In this document: in pieces, positions 19,298 to 27,369 of the stretch
Position numbering within the stretch: position 1 is the stretch's first letter
Layout of the letters: every line of letters starts with the position of its first letter
Virus record (IMG/VR): IMGVR_UViG_3300010354_000047
Coordinates: 1 to 64,000 of that record
Reading direction: 5' to 3' (one strand)
Origin: a virus
DNA length: 64,000 nt
Position numbers and translations under genes: made by a program
Notes under the pieces: model-generated
Database searches by the model: none
What the model was told of the DNA's origin: nothing
Seen by the model: the letters and a program-made list of their open reading frames with translations, nothing else

Positions 19298-19324
19298 TTT
19301 TTACCTCTTTCTTTGGTGGCTGAC

Positions 19325-19864
19325 ATGAAAACCAGAACCGTCACGGAATACCTTCGAAATCGCCACCTTAATCTCAACCTTCACAAACCCATGGTGGATG
19401 AAGTTGAGAGGACAGCAACTTTCTATATGTGGACTTTCTCAGGGCAGCTGGGAGGTTACCATCAACATCGCCCAGATGCCCCTAAGAGACCTCAAAAGCT
19501 TGGTCCAAAGCTTGCTCGGTATTTTACTTACCGGAAGCTTCCCGTCCTGACTGTATGGGGACTGGAAACTTTTCATCTCTTCGACGGCCCTTTATTTGTT
19601 TGCGAAGGAGTCTTTGACGCCGCTCGACTGACAAATCGAGGTAGAGCAGCCGTTGCTGTCTGCTGCAACGATCCACCAAAAGACTTTCGAAACTGGCTCA
19701 CAATGCTGAGCCGACCAACAGTCGCTGTCTGCGACGACGACGCTGCAGGGAGAAAATTGGCGAAGTTCACAGACTTTTCTGAAACAGCTCCAGACGGTAA
19801 AGACCTCGGAGACGCTTCAGAAGAGTACGTAAACTTCCTTCTCGAACGCTATCCCTCTAACTAA
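19325..19864 (+). CDS. Stand-alone TOPRIM (primase-like) protein
   Basis: LFVCEGVFDA, VCDDDAAG, KDLGD; no Zn-binding or helicase domain. Confidence 0.8.
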   Translation: MKTRTVTEYLRNRHLNLNLHKPMVDEVERTATFYMWTFSGQLGGYHQHRPDAPKRPQKLGPKLARYFTYRKLPVLTVWGLETFHLFDGPLFVCEGVFDAARLTNRGRAAVAVCCNDPPKDFRNWLTMLSRPTVAVCDDDAAGRKLAKFTDFSETAPDGKDLGDASEEYVNFLLERYPSN

Positions 19865-19879
19865 CTAACCAACCAACGA

Positions 19880-20395
19880 ATGGCAACTCAAACAACGCAA
19901 CCTCAGGCAAAGTGGAAGTCCGGTCAGATGCTCCTCTCCGCAATTCGCCGAGAAAAAGGCGGTGCTTCAGGGGAGAATTTCAGGGACATTGCCTTTGACC
20001 TCCGAACCTTGGGGAAAGATCTGGTTCGCGAAGTGACCAACGGCCGAGCGGCAGACAAGTCCTCAGACGGAAGGTACGTGGACATTGTATCTGAAACGGG
20101 GGAAAAGTACCGAGTCATTACTCGAGTCCTCAGGGAGAGGGGGGACTATCTTTTTGCTCTAGTGAGTACTGAGGAAACCAACCCCATTAACTATGTGAAA
20201 GAGTCGGAAAAGCCTGACGCGTTCGTATTTGTCGTCGTTCATCCTCAGGCTGGAGAGATCGACATTTTCAACTTCCCTCTGGAAAAGCGGGATGAAAAGA
20301 AGATTCCCAATAAAACGTACAATGTTTACTGGTCTTCTCGAAAGCGAGACTACGGTAAAGTGAAGAAAAATCTCTGGTTCACCGTTAAAGAGTGA
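19880..20395 (+). CDS. Hypothetical protein, possibly degenerate PD-(D/E)xK fold
   Basis: LG..LV...YVDIVSETGEKYRVITR...PDAFVFVV pattern; weak. Confidence 0.45.
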   Translation: MATQTTQPQAKWKSGQMLLSAIRREKGGASGENFRDIAFDLRTLGKDLVREVTNGRAADKSSDGRYVDIVSETGEKYRVITRVLRERGDYLFALVSTEETNPINYVKESEKPDAFVFVVVHPQAGEIDIFNFPLEKRDEKKIPNKTYNVYWSSRKRDYGKVKKNLWFTVKE

Positions 20396-20401
20396 GCTTA
20401 A

Positions 20402-20426
20402 AGGGCACCCCCTTTTGGGGTGCTCT
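20402..20426 (+). terminator. GC-rich hairpin between 19880 and the oxygenase
   Basis: agggcacccc-ctttt-ggggtgctct. Confidence 0.55.
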
Positions 20427-20504
20427 ACATTTTGGTTCAAAGTTTACCAGGGACTCTCGGTGCTATGCTCCCCCACGGTAGACTACCACCCTAGGAGGCA
20501 AAAC

Positions 20505-21914
20505 ATGAGAGAAATCCACCTAAAAGACTTAATACCCTTTGATCAAAAGAGGATGGGAAGCGTCCCGTCCGAAAGCGACTATCACGAGCTTATCAATGAA
20601 GATTGCAACGTTTATCTTCCCGATGGCTCCCTAGCAGTTGCTTTTCGAAAGAACGCTTTGAAAACTGCTCAATCCATCCATCCGGGCTCAAAGGAATACG
20701 ATTACTGGCGCTGGGCCTGCCGTTCCCTTCTCTCCGACCAACGAGGGAACGCGGCTGGCTCAGAGATAACAACCAATGTAGAAATTCGCCTAACTGAAGG
20801 ACAAAAAGAGTTTTTCTCAAAAGCTGTCAAGGGGCAGGTTTCAACCTTGACCGACGCTCTCGAAATTGTAGCGAACGACACAAGAGTTTCAAGGTCAACA
20901 TACTACGTAGGAAAAGCTGAAGCAGATGGATTGGTAGATCTAGAAGAGGTTGAAAAGTGGGACTCTTTAGTCCGCCGCAAATCAACGCCATTTGATCTCC
21001 GCCAAGAAGCCATCTCAAAGAGGAATCAGGCAAAATTAGCCTGGTTTGAAAAGTGGCTGCGAGAAGTTTGGGACAAGGCAGAAAATCGAAAAGAAGCCGC
21101 AATCACGGCTAAAAAGCGCTACGTCACCAACCAACCGCGAGGGCAAAAGGTGTACTCCGCAGTTCTCGGAGTCATCACGAGATCCGGGAGAACTCCGTTC
21201 GCTCGCCTCACATCACCAACGATGGAAAAGTACGAGGAGTTTGAATCCTTCGCCCCTTTGTACAAAGAAGTTGACTCCTTAGTTAAAAGCCTGTTTCCAC
21301 GAGAGTGGGGTATTCTCAAAGATCGATACCATGGAGTGAAGGACGAGCGTTACTCACTATTTGGAACCGTTTTCTCGTCGATCACTTGCAACTGGAACTT
21401 TCCAACCTGCTGGCACCGAGACGGACAAAACGCGAAAGATGCCGTTGCCGCTCTCGTTTGCTTTGACCGAGGGGGATATGACGGTGTTGACTTTGTGATG
21501 GCCGAGCTCGGGCTCGCGTTTCACATGCGCCACGGTGATGTCTTGATCGGAGACAACCAAGGAATCACGCACGGGCAAACCCCCTTTGTCCCGAAAACCG
21601 ACGACGCAGAGAACCTGGTTCTCGTCTTCTACTCTCGCGACGCAATCACCACACTTGACTCGCTGGAGTGTGAAACTTGCAGGCGAGAATTCATGGACTA
21701 CCTTGTTCACAATCACCCCGAACTCGGAAACGGTGAAGCGAAGTGGAACGGAAGTGTCCCAGGAGTCTGGAACTCGAAATACTGGAACGACTACAAAGCC
21801 CTTCGATCAAAGGAAGGAATTTACGACTACACCGTTTGTTCTAACACCAATCTGTCCGGAAAACTGGACACCGGCGAAGTCGAGATTCGTCAGCCCCATC
21901 TACTTAAGAAGTGA
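20505..21914 (+). CDS. TET/JBP-like Fe(II) oxygenase
   Basis: RGNAAG, GTVFSSITCNWNF, HRD, GDVLIGD...HGQT, LVFYSR; AGGAGG RBS before ATG 20505. Confidence 0.85.
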   Translation: MREIHLKDLIPFDQKRMGSVPSESDYHELINEDCNVYLPDGSLAVAFRKNALKTAQSIHPGSKEYDYWRWACRSLLSDQRGNAAGSEITTNVEIRLTEGQKEFFSKAVKGQVSTLTDALEIVANDTRVSRSTYYVGKAEADGLVDLEEVEKWDSLVRRKSTPFDLRQEAISKRNQAKLAWFEKWLREVWDKAENRKEAAITAKKRYVTNQPRGQKVYSAVLGVITRSGRTPFARLTSPTMEKYEEFESFAPLYKEVDSLVKSLFPREWGILKDRYHGVKDERYSLFGTVFSSITCNWNFPTCWHRDGQNAKDAVAALVCFDRGGYDGVDFVMAELGLAFHMRHGDVLIGDNQGITHGQTPFVPKTDDAENLVLVFYSRDAITTLDSLECETCRREFMDYLVHNHPELGNGEAKWNGSVPGVWNSKYWNDYKALRSKEGIYDYTVCSNTNLSGKLDTGEVEIRQPHLLKK

Positions 21915-22777
21915 ATAGCTGTTTACCGCAAATGACAAAACAATCGTTCAAGGTCGTAGTCCCAACCTATGGCAGATCGGATGCAATCGGAAAGTACACA
22001 ATGAGTTATCTCCGAAAGACCGACGTGGATCTTTCCGAAGTCTACCTCTTTGTAGCAAGTGAAGAAGAGAAGGAAAAATACAAGGCTTCCAACCCGGATG
22101 TGAAAATTGTAGTCGGAGTGAAAGGTCTTCCTCAGCAAAGGAAGTTCATTTCTGAATACTTTGAGCCGGGAACTCGCATACTTTCCCTTGACGACGACGT
22201 TTCAGGTCTCCAAAGGCTGGTCCTTCTCGATAAACTGGAAGGCCCTCAGAAGCCCCTTGACCACCCTTGCAAACTCGAAACGGTGACCAACCTCGTAGAG
22301 TTTGTCGAGAAAGGCTGGAAGCTGGCTGAAGGTAGAGGAATTGAACTCTGGGGGGCTTACCAAGTCGCTAACAAAGGTTTTCTGCATCCAAAGGTGAAGA
22401 CAGGAGCCCTGTTTATCATGGGGCACTTCTTCTCCTTTCTCGCGGGAGACCCCGTCTTTAACGAGATCACGCAATACCCTTGCAAGGATGACGTTTTCTG
22501 GTCTGTGTGGCACCATGTGAACCGAAAAGGAACTCTTCGCTTTGACAATTACTGCGTAAAGTCAAAAGCCCACTCTGGCTCGGGCGGGACAAACGAAGAC
22601 ATGGAGCGAAAGTTGCAGATCAACAACGAAACTTGTGAGGCGATTTGCTCGAAATATCCTGAGATTGCGTCGATCAAAATGCGAAAGACGAAAGATCCCT
22701 GGCTAAGCAGGTACAAGGAAATTCGGCTCAAACCGATCACTTACGAGACTCTCGTTGTAACCGACGACTGTTACTGA
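21911..22777 (+). CDS. TET-associated (GREB1-like/TAGT) GT-A glycosyltransferase
   Basis: VPTYGRS, LDDDV, WG.Y..AN..F, KDD, LRFD, GSGG. Confidence 0.8.
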   Translation: MNSCLPQMTKQSFKVVVPTYGRSDAIGKYTMSYLRKTDVDLSEVYLFVASEEEKEKYKASNPDVKIVVGVKGLPQQRKFISEYFEPGTRILSLDDDVSGLQRLVLLDKLEGPQKPLDHPCKLETVTNLVEFVEKGWKLAEGRGIELWGAYQVANKGFLHPKVKTGALFIMGHFFSFLAGDPVFNEITQYPCKDDVFWSVWHHVNRKGTLRFDNYCVKSKAHSGSGGTNEDMERKLQINNETCEAICSKYPEIASIKMRKTKDPWLSRYKEIRLKPITYETLVVTDDCY

Positions 22778-22783
22778 TCGAAG

Positions 22784-22826
22784 GGGCGGATTTCCGCCCT
22801 TTACTTATCTTTGGGCGCGCTATGTC
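22784..22826 (+). promoter_or_regulatory. Palindrome-linked promoter variant
   Basis: GGGCGGA-t-TTCCGCCC then TTTACT; -10 element less canonical. Confidence 0.6.
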
Positions 22827-22847
22827 TTGTTCACACCACTTTCAACC

Positions 22848-23198
22848 ATGATTCCAGACCCAAAGAAAACAATTGTATTCGACGTTGATGATACCATTCT
22901 CACAACGGTCAATCGGGATTACGAAAACTCCCAACCACGGGGGGAGGTTATCCAAGGTATGAAGACCCTGAAAGAAAGAGGGTGGACGATCATCCTCCAT
23001 ACGGCTCGTGGAATGGGTCGATCAAATGGGGACATCGAGAGTGTGAGGGAAGAAGTTATCGATGAAATCGAAAAGTTTTGCGATAAATACGATGTGCCAT
23101 TCGACGAGATCCAGATCGGAAAGCCGTGGGCAGCCCTTTACGTCGACGATAAAGCACTCACTCCCGAACAGTTTTCAAAAGTAGTAGAGGCACTGTGA
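22848..23198 (+). CDS. HAD phosphatase (capsule-biosynthesis EcbF/BcbF-like)
   Basis: FDVDDTI, HTARGM, GKPW...YVDDKA. Confidence 0.85.
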   Translation: MIPDPKKTIVFDVDDTILTTVNRDYENSQPRGEVIQGMKTLKERGWTIILHTARGMGRSNGDIESVREEVIDEIEKFCDKYDVPFDEIQIGKPWAALYVDDKALTPEQFSKVVEAL

Positions 23199-23911
23199 AA
23201 AACGCTCTCATTTTGGCTGCTGGCCGCAGCTCAAGGTTCGGCCGAAACAAACTTGAGGAAAAGTTTGATGGGGAGACTCTCCCCTTTATCGCTGCAAAGT
23301 TTGCTCTTGAGAACGGCGCGAAAAACATCTACTTGACCCTGTCTCGCTCAGCGATCAAAACGGATGGAAAACGTGTATACCATCCCGTTCTCGAAGAGGT
23401 TTCCAGAATTTGTGACCCTGTTGTTCGCTTTCAGAGCGAGGAAACATACGGCCCTGGTGCCGCAATCACAACCTGGGCCGGAATTCTCGAAGAACCCTTC
23501 ACTGTTTTGTTCGGGGACAATCTTTACCTTGGGGAAATGCCAGATTGGATGACCCGAAATCTCTCTAGCTCTGACCAGCAAGACGTAATTTTTACAACTC
23601 GTCGAAGCCTTGTTAACCCTCGAAACTTGCAGTTGGCTGCCGTGGTTAACAACTACGTGATTGAAAAACCTCACGGGAGGCTTGAGGGGAATTTCTTCTG
23701 TGGTTTCGCTCGATTCCCACAGGGTTATCTGTCAAGGGTGGGAGACCTACGAAAGAGCGATCGAGGGGAAGTTGAGATCACTGACATGATCAACATGTCG
23801 GAGAACTGTCAATCTTGGGATATACAAAGGGACCTGGGTGTCATCTGGGCAGATCTCACTTACGAAGCCGATTGCGCAAGAATTCGGGAGCTTCTGTATG
23901 AAGGGAAGTAG
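23195..23911 (+). CDS. Sugar-phosphate nucleotidyltransferase (RmlA-like)
   Basis: ILAAGRSSRF, FGDN, EKP, SDRGEVEITD. Confidence 0.85.
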   Translation: MKNALILAAGRSSRFGRNKLEEKFDGETLPFIAAKFALENGAKNIYLTLSRSAIKTDGKRVYHPVLEEVSRICDPVVRFQSEETYGPGAAITTWAGILEEPFTVLFGDNLYLGEMPDWMTRNLSSSDQQDVIFTTRRSLVNPRNLQLAAVVNNYVIEKPHGRLEGNFFCGFARFPQGYLSRVGDLRKSDRGEVEITDMINMSENCQSWDIQRDLGVIWADLTYEADCARIRELLYEGK

Positions 23912-24644
23912 TGGCGCAACGCTCGATTTCTCTGGGGATTACATTCGGAAAAGCTGCAAGGACGCCATCGAACAGTGCGAGTGGTTTGATATTGCTGCGA
24001 AACTCCCCCTTGTGAACGGCATTCGTATCCCGCAAACCATTCTTGAAACGGGCTCAGACTATCAAATCGAGTTTGTAGAAGGAGTATCGGGAACGAAAGT
24101 GGATTCCACTCGTATTCTGGATAGTCTTGTAGATCAAGTTTTCTTGTGGTCAAAAGTCCCTTCGGTTCGGAAAGCGACTTGGAAGTCTTATATCCAGCGA
24201 CTGTACGACGAACATGTCTCCCTATGCGACAGTCAAATAGTTCGACGAGTTTTCGAAAAACTCGATGAAATTGATGGCTGTCCTTCGAGTTTCTCTCACG
24301 GAGATCTGACTCTCGAAAACGTCCTGGTCGAAAACAATGGTGGAATCGTGCTGATAGACCCCAATTTCAAAATGAATCTCTTTCAGTCCTATATCCTGGA
24401 CTTAGGAAAACTTCTTCAGTCCGTTCACAGTGACTACCACCGCCTCTTTGACTCCCATCCTGGGGGCGACCCTTCGGCTCTGTGCGCCCACCTGCGGCAG
24501 AGGCTGGGGCAAGGGCTATGGCGCCAGGCTCTGGTCGCTGAGATGTCGCACGTGGTCCGCTTGCGCAAGTATCGCCCCGCCTCCCAACACCCCATTGTGG
24601 ACGGGCTCTTGGAGAGGCTCCTGCAGGAATACCTTTACAGTTGA
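23898..24644 (+). CDS. APH/choline-kinase-like phosphotransferase
   Basis: HGDLTLENVL, LIDPN, DLGKLLQS. Confidence 0.8.
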   Translation: MKGSSGATLDFSGDYIRKSCKDAIEQCEWFDIAAKLPLVNGIRIPQTILETGSDYQIEFVEGVSGTKVDSTRILDSLVDQVFLWSKVPSVRKATWKSYIQRLYDEHVSLCDSQIVRRVFEKLDEIDGCPSSFSHGDLTLENVLVENNGGIVLIDPNFKMNLFQSYILDLGKLLQSVHSDYHRLFDSHPGGDPSALCAHLRQRLGQGLWRQALVAEMSHVVRLRKYRPASQHPIVDGLLERLLQEYLYS

Positions 24645-24674
24645 CCCAGGAGGCTATACTGATTATGAAAACTT

Positions 24675-25205
24675 TTGTACCCCATGAGCCCTTCACCCTC
24701 AAGAGTTGAGAAATTAGAAAAAGAGATAGCGCGACTACAGGAACAACTTAGAGCCGAAAAGCGAAAAAGCGAGTCCTTGTGGAATGACCTCTATGAGCAC
24801 TTCCTAAAAGAAGGAAATTCTGAGGAAAACTCAGGCTGGTGGGCTGACCAAATATCTCAGATTTTCTCTCGATGGGTGGTTAATCAAAGGACAAAACTGA
24901 GTGAAAGAATTTCCGAGTCGGGGGAACTGACGATGCCCCCTTATACGGATTGTTTGAACGATTTAGCCATGAGCCTTTCGCCCCCGGGATCCGAGCCACC
25001 GGAGTGGATCCCTTCTCTATCAGACTTTGAGGTAACTCGACAACACTCTTCAAAGCTGCCGATGGTTGTTCCAATGGATGAAGCTGAAGCCTTGAAACCT
25101 CGAAAGAGGACCATCAATGTTCCGAAACCAATTCCGGGGGCAGTTCCGCTCCCCCTTCCCCCTTTAACGGAGGAGGAGAAGGCAAGAGACAGAGCTGGAC
25201 GGTAA
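24675..25205 (+). CDS. Hypothetical protein
   Basis: Coiled-coil N-terminus; TTTACA...TATACT promoter-like element upstream. Confidence 0.55.
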   Translation: MYPMSPSPSRVEKLEKEIARLQEQLRAEKRKSESLWNDLYEHFLKEGNSEENSGWWADQISQIFSRWVVNQRTKLSERISESGELTMPPYTDCLNDLAMSLSPPGSEPPEWIPSLSDFEVTRQHSSKLPMVVPMDEAEALKPRKRTINVPKPIPGAVPLPLPPLTEEEKARDRAGR

Positions 25206-25241
25206 TCCGCCCTTTACGGGCTCTCCGCGCCCAGTTATACT
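25197..25241 (+). promoter_or_regulatory. Palindrome-linked sigma70-type promoter
   Basis: GGACGG-taat-CCGCCC, TTTACG-N17-TATACT. Confidence 0.75.
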
Positions 25242-25261
25242 TGGGTTAATTGGGAAAAGAC

Positions 25262-25897
25262 ATGAACATCAGGTTTATAGGAGACGTCCACAGAAAGTGG
25301 GATAAATACAAGAAGCTAATCAAAGGCTATGAACGCTCTCTACAAGTCGGGGACTTTGGTATTGGGTTCATCAACCCTCACACTGAGAAACCGTACAGCA
25401 ACCCTCCCTATGACCACATGTCTAAGGGGGAACACTTCTTCATTCGAGGAAACCATGACAATCCTGGCCAATGCTCTCGTCACCCGTATTGGGTGAAAGA
25501 TGGCGGCTCTGTGTTTGGCCGCGACGACATTTTCTGCGTTGGCGGTGCCGTCTCGATCGACAAACACCGTCGAACCGAAGGCTACGACTGGTGGCACAAT
25601 GAAGAGCTTTCTTACACAGAGCTCTGCAAAGTCATGGACATCTACGAGCTCGTCAAGCCGAAGATCGTCGTGAGCCACGAATGTCCCGATAGTGTTATTT
25701 CTCGTGTGTTACACGAACAGGGGATGTTTAAATACGACATCCCCTCAACCACTCGCAAGTGCTTTGACAATATGCTCGAGATTCACAAACCTGACTTGTG
25801 GATTCATGGCCACTGGCACTTCGACCACCACACTGTTCATAATGGCGTGGAGTTTATTGGCCTCGGCGAGCTTTCTCACCTCGACCTTGAAGTGTAG
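25262..25897 (+). CDS. Calcineurin-like metallophosphoesterase
   Basis: GDVH, GDFG, RGNHD, SHECP, HGHWH. Confidence 0.9.
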   Translation: MNIRFIGDVHRKWDKYKKLIKGYERSLQVGDFGIGFINPHTEKPYSNPPYDHMSKGEHFFIRGNHDNPGQCSRHPYWVKDGGSVFGRDDIFCVGGAVSIDKHRRTEGYDWWHNEELSYTELCKVMDIYELVKPKIVVSHECPDSVISRVLHEQGMFKYDIPSTTRKCFDNMLEIHKPDLWIHGHWHFDHHTVHNGVEFIGLGELSHLDLEV

Positions 25898-25926
25898 AGG
25901 GGTATACCCTGAGGTCTCAAATACAA

Positions 25927-26184
25927 ATGAGCACATCTTTTCTCATCTGGCTGACTATCGTCGGCTTTCTCTCTTACGTCCTTTACCGTGACCCGAATGT
26001 AACCGCTTACATCCTTCTTCAAAATCAAAACTTTTCAGCGAAACTTGGCCGTCTCAAGTACTTCATTACGAATAACCCCAATTTCTTCTGGGTTCGATGG
26101 AGAATTAGTAGAAACACAGACCGAGCCGCCCGCAATCTCGGTCGAGATCTCGGTGTCGACAAAAACAAAGACTGGCACGATTGA
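25927..26184 (+). CDS. Small membrane-anchored hypothetical protein
   Basis: N-terminal hydrophobic helix. Confidence 0.6.
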   Translation: MSTSFLIWLTIVGFLSYVLYRDPNVTAYILLQNQNFSAKLGRLKYFITNNPNFFWVRWRISRNTDRAARNLGRDLGVDKNKDWHD

Positions 26185-26205
26185 CTAACAAAAACAATTC
26201 TAACA

Positions 26206-26775
26206 ATGACAACAGTTATCAATCTATTCGGTGGCCCAGGTTGCGGGAAAAGCACAACCGCCGCGCTTCTCTTCGCCCAGATGAAACTCCAGGGATACCA
26301 TGTTGAGCTGGTTCGCGAGTATGTCAAGTATTGGGCTTGGAACGACCGTAAAGTTCGAGAGTGGGATCAACTTTACCTCCTTGGAAAGCAAAGTTCCTAC
26401 GAAAGTATGCTTTATGGAAAAGTCGACTACATCGTGACCGACAGCCCCATTCTTCTAGCCGGTATATTTCAGGAATATCGTTCAAACGGGGCGGATAAGT
26501 ATGTGAGTAAAGCGGCACAGAGTTTCATGGCCCATGCTGAGGCAACAGGGGTAACGTATAAGAACTTTTTGCTTCGGCGAAACAAACCTTACGACCCGCG
26601 AGGTCGCTGGGAAGATGAAAAGGAAGCCAGAAACCTCGACGATTACATCGAAGAGTATCTGACTCTGTACAGTGGTTTCCCTCCTCTTGAAATCTCGGGG
26701 CCAAATAACAAAAGAGATCTGGAGATAATGCAATCTTTAGGGGAAATGAAGGTTCGAGATGTTCCGTCGTACTGA
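26206..26775 (+). CDS. NadR/AAA_28-like P-loop kinase
   Basis: GGPGCGKST, VREYVK, VTDSP, GRW. Confidence 0.85.
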   Translation: MTTVINLFGGPGCGKSTTAALLFAQMKLQGYHVELVREYVKYWAWNDRKVREWDQLYLLGKQSSYESMLYGKVDYIVTDSPILLAGIFQEYRSNGADKYVSKAAQSFMAHAEATGVTYKNFLLRRNKPYDPRGRWEDEKEARNLDDYIEEYLTLYSGFPPLEISGPNNKRDLEIMQSLGEMKVRDVPSY

Positions 26776-26820
26776 GGGCGGTTTCCCGCCCTTTACCTAT
26801 CGTCTTCGGTGAGTTATGCT
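26776..26820 (+). promoter_or_regulatory. Palindrome-linked sigma70-type promoter
   Basis: GGGCGG-tttc-CCGCCC, TTTACC-N17-TATGCT. Confidence 0.75.
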
Positions 26821-26840
26821 TAACTCGTTGCTCCCTCTGA

Positions 26841-27110
26841 ATGACCGTCAACCCCGACTGGACCGCCCCCCCTGGTTACCTTGTTGAAGAGTGTCGCCGA
26901 GAGCGAAACATTTCACTTCACGACTTCGCCGGAGAGACCGGCCTTACAGTACCCGAAGTTCTTGAACTTGAAAGAGGAGAGAGGGGGATTGACCTCCTTC
27001 TGGCCGAAAGATTGGAATATGTCTTTGGAGTGCCTGAAAGCTTCTGGCTGACCCTTCAAAAGAACTTCGAAGTTGACATCAAAAAAGGACGTGCTTTTAC
27101 AAATGATTGA
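26841..27110 (+). CDS. HigA-like XRE HTH protein
   Basis: PPG.L.E...ER..S...FA...G......LE.VFG....FWL.LQ. Confidence 0.8.
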   Translation: MTVNPDWTAPPGYLVEECRRERNISLHDFAGETGLTVPEVLELERGERGIDLLLAERLEYVFGVPESFWLTLQKNFEVDIKKGRAFTND

Positions 27111-27366
27111 GCTTTATGTTTCCGAAAATAAAAGTTTTGACCCTGTGCGGTTTTACCGTAATCGGGTTAGGGTCTTTCTGAATCGAGACTACACATATGG
27201 CCTCTGGATTGACGAAGACCGGCTCTTTGACCTTCTAACCGAGGGTCAGATGAGGCAATATATTTTAGATCGGTCCCCTAAGGGAGCATATTTCTCCGTT
27301 ACTCGAGAAGTTGCGCAAGAAATTCTAAAAAGAGGGCACACCCCTTACGCAAAACAAAACCTGTGA
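27103..27366 (+). CDS. Hypothetical protein
   Basis: Coupled ORF. Confidence 0.55.
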   Translation: MIELYVSENKSFDPVRFYRNRVRVFLNRDYTYGLWIDEDRLFDLLTEGQMRQYILDRSPKGAYFSVTREVAQEILKRGHTPYAKQNL

Positions 27367-27369
27367 CAA

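Noticed and set aside
24460-24630. Short GC-rich patches (also about 28810-28900 and 36560-36730)
   Set aside because: In frame, with no boundaries or terminal repeats; explicable by amino-acid composition.
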